From: Candidatus Geothermarchaeota archaeon
Lineage (GTDB): Archaea > Thermoproteota > Nitrososphaeria > Geothermarchaeales > JDFR-13
Reading direction: 5' to 3'
Length of the DNA: 64,000 nt
Assembly (NCBI GenBank): GCA_015523605.1
Contig: WAKC01000043.1
Span: forward strand, 47,339-111,338
Positions 58,806-64,000 of this stretch are shown here, in pieces (position 1 is the stretch's first letter; each line of letters opens with the position of its first letter). The notes beneath the pieces are model-generated. The model searched no databases and was not told the origin of the DNA. It saw only the letters and a program-made list of their open reading frames with translations. Position numbers and translations under genes: made by a program.

Positions 58806-59057
58806 ATGAAGGTGAGGGTTAAGTATCTAGCGGCTATAGCCGACTATACAGGGGTCTTAGAAGAAGATGTCGAAGTTGAAAATGGTTCTACCCTTAAGGA
58901 TCTCCTAAATAGGATTAGGGAGATGCATCCCGATCTAAAGAAGTTTGAGGAGCGGTTTACAATACTCGTACTTGTAAATGGTGTGAATAGGGGGTTGGAC
59001 TATAAATTGGGGGATGGCGATCGGGTGGCTTTGTTACCTCCTGTATCTGGTGGTTAA
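58806..59057 (+). CDS. moaD: Molybdopterin synthase sulfur carrier
   Basis: VNG.......L.DGD.VALLPPVSGG; adjacent to moaE. Confidence 0.88.
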   Translation: MKVRVKYLAAIADYTGVLEEDVEVENGSTLKDLLNRIREMHPDLKKFEERFTILVLVNGVNRGLDYKLGDGDRVALLPPVSGG

Positions 59058-59058
59058 T

Positions 59059-59514
59059 ATGCCTGAAGGTAGAGTAGTCGATGAAGATATTGATTTGAAT
59101 AAGGTTGTTGAGGAGATGTCTAGACACGCTGAGGATGGTATGGGGGCGATAGTCGTCTTCATAGGTTTTGTGAAGGGGGATATTGAGGGTAGGAAAGTTT
59201 CAAAATTGGATTACAGCGTTTATGAACCATATACCTCAAAGAAGCTCGATGAGATTGCTAAGGAGGAGATGGATGAAGGAGTATATGATATCAGGATCTA
59301 TCATAAACATGGGAGTCTCAATGTGGGGGATAAAACCCTCTATATATTGGTGGCTGCTAAGGGGAGGAAATTAGGTTTTGAGAAGGCTAGTAAGGTTTTG
59401 GAGAGGGTTAAGTTTGAACCTCCTATATTTAAACTTGAGTATCGTGAGGACGGGGAATACTGGGTATTTGGTGATGGATCGAGGTTAAAACGCGAGTCTA
59501 AAAGCGGGAGATGA
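59059..59514 (+). CDS. moaE: Molybdopterin synthase catalytic subunit
   Basis: GA.V.F.G.V, L.Y..YE, H..G.L.VG, K...PIFK.E; start moved to ATG 59059. Confidence 0.9.
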   Translation: MPEGRVVDEDIDLNKVVEEMSRHAEDGMGAIVVFIGFVKGDIEGRKVSKLDYSVYEPYTSKKLDEIAKEEMDEGVYDIRIYHKHGSLNVGDKTLYILVAAKGRKLGFEKASKVLERVKFEPPIFKLEYREDGEYWVFGDGSRLKRESKSGR

Positions 59515-60352
59515 GGTCTGCTACATATTCTATATTGTCTCTAGTCCATCTAATCGGATATATATGGATACCCATGTTTATAGTGCTTATCTTATCAGAG
59601 ATATTCAAAAGGTTTTTGAGGACATTCTCCAGATAGTCGATATATTTATTTTGGGAATATTCTAGGGAGGGGTTGTTTTTTCCACCACTTAATCTGGCTA
59701 TCAATTCTTCAATTCCTTCTTTATTTGGGATAACCCCTACTAATATGGCTATCTCATTATCCAACATATTAGATACATTTTCAATTAGTTTCTTCAATGG
59801 CTCTTCATCTAATATAATCTGTGTCTGGAAGAATTCCGCACCTGCCTTCACCTTGGAAATAAAATTGTCTCTCTCATTCTCCCTATTCGGGATTAGCCCA
59901 GCCCCTATGGCGAATCTCCATCTCTCCACCTCAATACGTCTACCATTGACTTCTATACATCCCTCCTTGAAAGACTTGGCTATTCTTACTGCTTCAGAGA
60001 AGGTCATGTCACTTACTTTGATATCCCCAGATATTAGAAGTAGACCTTCTATTTTGGCGAGGGAATACTCTATAAGTTTACCAATATAAGTCGTCTGGTT
60101 CTCGGTTCGATAGGGGAGATGGTTTATAATGTGGACATCCAATTCTTTTGAAATGCAGTAGGCGGGTATTGCCGTGTCTGACGAGGGTATTCCTAGGGGA
60201 TTCTGAGGGAGATTACAGAGTTTGAAATATTTATTGAGATTATATTCCTTGAAGAGTTTAATTGCCTCGTTCAGGTTATCCCATCTCCTTACTGGGGGGA
60301 GTTCAATCGATTTAGGCTCTTTATTCTTTAGTATATAAAATATTTCCTCCAT
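59498..60352 (-). CDS. metF: Methylenetetrahydrofolate reductase-like protein
   Basis: SIELPP, N.P.NP.G, HL..R..N, L.SGD, K..AGA.FFQTQ; start moved to ATG 60352 to avoid overlap with the divergent metE gene. Confidence 0.7.
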   Translation of the reverse strand: MEEIFYILKNKEPKSIELPPVRRWDNLNEAIKLFKEYNLNKYFKLCNLPQNPLGIPSSDTAIPAYCISKELDVHIINHLPYRTENQTTYIGKLIEYSLAKIEGLLLISGDIKVSDMTFSEAVRIAKSFKEGCIEVNGRRIEVERWRFAIGAGLIPNRENERDNFISKVKAGAEFFQTQIILDEEPLKKLIENVSNMLDNEIAILVGVIPNKEGIEELIARLSGGKNNPSLEYSQNKYIDYLENVLKNLLNISDKISTINMGIHIYPIRWTRDNIEYVADLISRF

Positions 60353-60410
60353 ATCTTCTTCACTCAAGGGAGTGTCAACTAAAATATATAGGCTTTGAGG
60401 ATGATTAAAT

Positions 60411-61319
60411 ATGTTGATTGATATGGTCAAATCCTTTGTAGTCGGTATCTTCCCTCGATCTCCAAAATTGATAAACATTTGGAAGGCTTATGAGCGTGGA
60501 GAAGTTACTGAAGAAGAGTTTAAGGATTCATATCTAGAGCATATAAAGAATGTGGTGGACATATATATAGAGGGTTCCCTGGATGTTATACATGACCCGC
60601 AGTCAAATTGGCACGACCATTTCAGGCCTTTCACGTATTTTGAGGGATTGGAAGCTGGACCCCTTACTAGGTTTTATGAAAATAATACGTTTTATAGAAG
60701 ACCCATATTTAGGGAGATTCCAAAGTTTTCTGAGGCGGTATTAAAAGATTTTCTTTCCAAGCTTTTTGATAGTAGGGTTGATGGGATCAGTATACCGGGT
60801 CCGCACATGTGGATTACACATTCGATATTCAAAGGTGTTGATAAGCTTAGAAGTATAGAGATTTTGCTAGAGGAGGTAGTGAGGTATCTGGTCGATATAG
60901 GGTATAGATGGGTGTTTCTGCATGAACCTTCGCTCGTGTATTATGGTGATGAGGTATCAAGGGTTGAGAAGCTATACAAAGGTTTAATGGATTACAGGGA
61001 TAATATAGTTGTCTATACCTATTTTGGTAAGGTTAATGATGTACTTAACTATCTAGGGTCTTTAGGCTTTAAATTCTCGGTTGATATGAGATGGAATAGT
61101 ATAAGGGACTTATCGTCTTTTTCTAAGGGACCAGTGATACTGGGTATTATCGATGGTCAAAACACTCTCTTAGAGGATCCAGAAGATATTAAGAGATTTT
61201 TAGTTGACAAGTTTGGGGATGATGAGATATGGATATGTAATAATGTGGATCTGGATTTCCTACCATATGACTATGCCTTGAAGAAAGTCTGGATACTTTC
61301 TAGAATAGGGGGTGGATAG
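60411..61319 (+). CDS. Split MetE, N-terminal (folate-binding-like) subunit
   Basis: G.FPR, W.D.FRP, L.RFYENN.FYR.P, PGP, HEPS, TYF, G.IDG.NT, LDFLP...A..K. Confidence 0.8.
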   Translation: MLIDMVKSFVVGIFPRSPKLINIWKAYERGEVTEEEFKDSYLEHIKNVVDIYIEGSLDVIHDPQSNWHDHFRPFTYFEGLEAGPLTRFYENNTFYRRPIFREIPKFSEAVLKDFLSKLFDSRVDGISIPGPHMWITHSIFKGVDKLRSIEILLEEVVRYLVDIGYRWVFLHEPSLVYYGDEVSRVEKLYKGLMDYRDNIVVYTYFGKVNDVLNYLGSLGFKFSVDMRWNSIRDLSSFSKGPVILGIIDGQNTLLEDPEDIKRFLVDKFGDDEIWICNNVDLDFLPYDYALKKVWILSRIGGG

Positions 61320-62361
61320 AATGTTATATACACAGGAGATAGGGAGTATCAAGAAGCCACGATATTTAATCGATATGTATAAATTGTTTCTCAATGGCCA
61401 GGTTGATTATGAATTTCTGCGGCCCTATATAGAGGCTGCTAGTCTAGATACAATAAGGATGTTGGAGGGAGCGGGTCTTGATATTGTGTATGATGGTGAG
61501 ATGCATCGCTGGGAGATGTATTACCATCCCATTACTTTTATAGATGGTATTGAAGTAGCTGGATATGTTAGGGTCTGGGATAACTTCTATTTTCTGAAAG
61601 GTAGGGTAGTTAAAAGGCCGAGACTAATTAAGAACTATCATCTTGATGAAGCCCTATTCATCCTAAGACAGGCTAATAAAAAAGTGAAGATTCCGGTAAC
61701 TGGTCCATATACCCTTGCAGACTGGACTTTCAATGAATACTACCGTTTAAATAAAGGGTATGAAGATCCTGTGAAGGTTGATTATGAGGCGAAATATGAA
61801 TTCAGTCTTGATTTGGCGAGGAATATAATCAATCCTATATTGAAGGAGCTTTCAAAGCTTGATATATTCCGTATCCAGATTGATGAACCAGCTGCCACTA
61901 CACACCCCAATGAGATGGATATTGTCGTAGATGCATTTAATAAGTCGGTCGAGGGGGTTGAGAAGGATGTTTCCATCCATATTTGTTATAGTGATTATAG
62001 TGTGTTGATACCATATTTAGATAGGTTCAAGACTGTTCAGTATACTCTTGAATTTGCAAATAGGGATTCATGGGGCTTGGGTGTAGATGATGAGTCTCGA
62101 CCTGGATATACACTCCTGAGAGAGCTGGTTGATTATGGATATGATTTTGAATTGGGTCTCGGTGTTATTGATGTTCATACTGATAAGATTGAACCTCCAG
62201 AACTTATTAGGGATAGGATCCTATATGCTTTGAAGTTTCTACCTCCTGAGAAGATTTATATTAATCCAGACTGTGGTCTTAGGACTAGGTCGAGGGATGT
62301 AGCTTATGTTAAGCTTAGGAATATGGTCAGAGCTGTTGAGATGGTTAGACAGATACTTTGA
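61312..62361 (+). CDS. metE: Cobalamin-independent methionine synthase, catalytic subunit (split MetE)
   Basis: IGS..KP, DGE..R.EM, TGPYT, IQIDEP, zinc ligands H.C...E...PDCG. Confidence 0.88.
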   Translation: MDRMLYTQEIGSIKKPRYLIDMYKLFLNGQVDYEFLRPYIEAASLDTIRMLEGAGLDIVYDGEMHRWEMYYHPITFIDGIEVAGYVRVWDNFYFLKGRVVKRPRLIKNYHLDEALFILRQANKKVKIPVTGPYTLADWTFNEYYRLNKGYEDPVKVDYEAKYEFSLDLARNIINPILKELSKLDIFRIQIDEPAATTHPNEMDIVVDAFNKSVEGVEKDVSIHICYSDYSVLIPYLDRFKTVQYTLEFANRDSWGLGVDDESRPGYTLLRELVDYGYDFELGLGVIDVHTDKIEPPELIRDRILYALKFLPPEKIYINPDCGLRTRSRDVAYVKLRNMVRAVEMVRQIL

Positions 62362-62412
62362 AGACAACTTCCTATAATAAGAAGTTATGGACATATAGAT
62401 TATGTATAATAG

Positions 62413-63084
62413 GTGTTTCTAATGGATTGGGAGGTTACTCAGAAACCCGCTTATAGTCTTTTAAAGGTGAGGCTTGATCCAGGCGAGTCGGTTACCGCTG
62501 AAGCTGGTGCATTCATATATGGTTTTGGGGACTATGATATTGAGACTAAAACTGGAGGGGTTATGGCTAGTTTAGCTAGAGCGTTTCTAGGTGGTGAATC
62601 TATATTTCTCAACACCTTTAATGCAAAATCTCCATCAGAGCTATGGTTCGCACCATCCTTACCAGGCGACATCGAGTATAGAGAGTTGAGGGGGAAGCTA
62701 ATTATTCAGGATTTCAGCTATCTAGCCCATCACGGCGATGTTAAAATCAGTGTGGAGTGGAAGGGATTTAAGGGATTATTGGCTGAAGGTGAGCTGGTAT
62801 GGTTAAAGGCTGAGGGAAATGGTGGAGTATGGATAAACGCATATGGCGGTATGGAGGTTATAGAGTTGAAGGAGGGTGAGAAGGTTACAGTTGACAACTT
62901 TCATTTCGTAGCTATGGACCCCACGATTAAATATAGTATTAAAAAATTCGGGGGATGGAAGAGTTTCTTCTTGGGTGGTGAAGGTATAGTAGCAGAGTTG
63001 AGAGGACCTGGAAAGGTATATCTACAGACTAGGTCTCTACCGCCCTTCGTAAACTTTATCCGTAAGTTCTTACCACGGAGTTAG
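62413..63084 (+). CDS. TIGR00266/AIM24 family protein
   Basis: L.PGE...AE.GA, GGES.F.N, P..PG, GEG.......GPG.V..QTR. Confidence 0.88.
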   Translation: MFLMDWEVTQKPAYSLLKVRLDPGESVTAEAGAFIYGFGDYDIETKTGGVMASLARAFLGGESIFLNTFNAKSPSELWFAPSLPGDIEYRELRGKLIIQDFSYLAHHGDVKISVEWKGFKGLLAEGELVWLKAEGNGGVWINAYGGMEVIELKEGEKVTVDNFHFVAMDPTIKYSIKKFGGWKSFFLGGEGIVAELRGPGKVYLQTRSLPPFVNFIRKFLPRS

Positions 63085-63101
63085 CCCTCCACCCTATTTT
63101 T

Positions 63102-63521
63102 TTATTTGAAGAGTCTTCTATGTTCTTTCATCATGCATCTATTCCAGACTGTTGTTATGCCTTTCTCTCTAGCCTTATAGATGCTCTCGTGGAATATTCC
63201 CTCTTGTAGCCATATGACCTTAAAATTCTTTTTCAATGCTTCCTCAACAATTTTAGGCACTTCATCCGAAGGTCTAAAGACGTTTAAAATCTCGGTATCC
63301 TCTGGAACCTCCGAAATCGATTTATACACCTTCTTACCAAGTATCTCGTCTGCAGTAGGGTTTATAGGTATAATCTCATAACCATTCTCCATAAGATATC
63401 TAGGTACATAATGTGCTGGCTTCTCAGGATTCCTCGACATTCCTACTACAGCTATCTTCCTATATTTCCTATATATTTCCCTGATTTCCTCATCTGTAAG
63501 ACCGTCACTGGGAATGTTCAT
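63102..63521 (-). CDS. CoA-binding domain protein (YccU-like)
   Basis: IAVVG.S..P.KP...V..YL...GY...P.NP, VFRP, WLQEG, RC. Confidence 0.9.
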   Translation of the reverse strand: MNIPSDGLTDEEIREIYRKYRKIAVVGMSRNPEKPAHYVPRYLMENGYEIIPINPTADEILGKKVYKSISEVPEDTEILNVFRPSDEVPKIVEEALKKNFKVIWLQEGIFHESIYKAREKGITTVWNRCMMKEHRRLFK

Positions 63522-63607
63522 ATTAGTATAGATTGCTTCATCTAATACCTATACCAGTGATATATATTTTAAATGAATAATGAACCAGTTATAATGCTTA
63601 TATTATT

Positions 63608-64000
63608 ATGACAAAGTTTTCAGAAAACATCTTCAAAATTAGGTATGCCATTCGGGATTTAGTACCTGTTGCAAAAGCAGTTGAACGGAAGGGTGTAAAG
63701 GTTATATATCTAAATATTGGTGATCCCCTTAGGTATGACTTTGAGACTCCTAGGCATATCATCGAGACCATGTATAAGGCGTCCCTCTCCGGCCATAACT
63801 ACTACTCTGATTCACAGGGAATTTATGAATTGAGGGAGGCTCTCTCTGAGCATCTCAAGAGTAAATATAAGCTTAGCGTACCCCCAGAGCATATTATAGT
63901 TACTAATGGAGTTGCAGAAGGTATTAACTTCACAATTAGATTGTTTACAGATCCTGGTGATGAGATTTTAGTGCCAGGTCCATCATATCCAGCTTACATA
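63608..64000 (+). CDS. Class I/II PLP-dependent aminotransferase (alanine aminotransferase-like); runs off the window end
   Basis: Hand-translated: MTKFSENIFKIRYAIRDL...LNIGDP..YDF.TP...YSDSQG..ELR...TNGV.E...PGP.YP.Y. Confidence 0.85.
   Translation, partial: MTKFSENIFKIRYAIRDLVPVAKAVERKGVKVIYLNIGDPLRYDFETPRHIIETMYKASLSGHNYYSDSQGIYELREALSEHLKSKYKLSVPPEHIIVTNGVAEGINFTIRLFTDPGDEILVPGPSYPAYI

Noticed and set aside
1-64000. Mobile elements, CRISPR arrays, tRNA/rRNA genes and defence systems
   Set aside because: No transposase, integrase, cas gene, repeat-spacer array or cloverleaf was recognised on manual reading; short or intron-split RNAs could have been missed.

Overview
Gene-dense archaeal chromosomal segment. 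The evidence is archaeal gene content (TtuA/SAMP, ThermoDBP-related protein, split MetE, paired MoeA, short CtaA, box C/D and H/ACA guide RNAs) and GGAGGTG/GGTGA ribosome-binding sites. A thermophilic TACK-lineage host is inferred, not shown. Most of the window is housekeeping: a 2-oxoacid dehydrogenase complex with lplA, a pyr cluster, ctaA/ctaB, a his operon, tatA/tatC, icd/gltA/mdh followed by a LutABC-like module, Moco/Wco genes, carbamate kinase, ttuBA, sfsA, metF and split metE. I found no tRNA, rRNA, CRISPR array, transposase or integrase. The most notable signals are: (1) a heme-copper oxidase at the left edge, missed by the ORF track, whose helix-VI His and Tyr positions are both Asp (gNOR-type), with a CuA-less subunit II and a divergently transcribed blue-copper protein behind a palindrome-rich promoter; (2) a HisI-purine PRTase fusion in a his cluster lacking hisE; (3) two unannotated guide RNAs, a box C/D RNA at 28081-28134(-) and an H/ACA RNA at 40625-40699(+), whose guides match conserved 23S rRNA segments; (4) a CBS-domain protein ending in a proteasome-docking-like HbYX tail (LYG); (5) a MoaA missing one auxiliary-cluster cysteine. 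All family calls come from motif recognition by eye, and the rRNA targets come from recalled consensus sequence. No database search was run.
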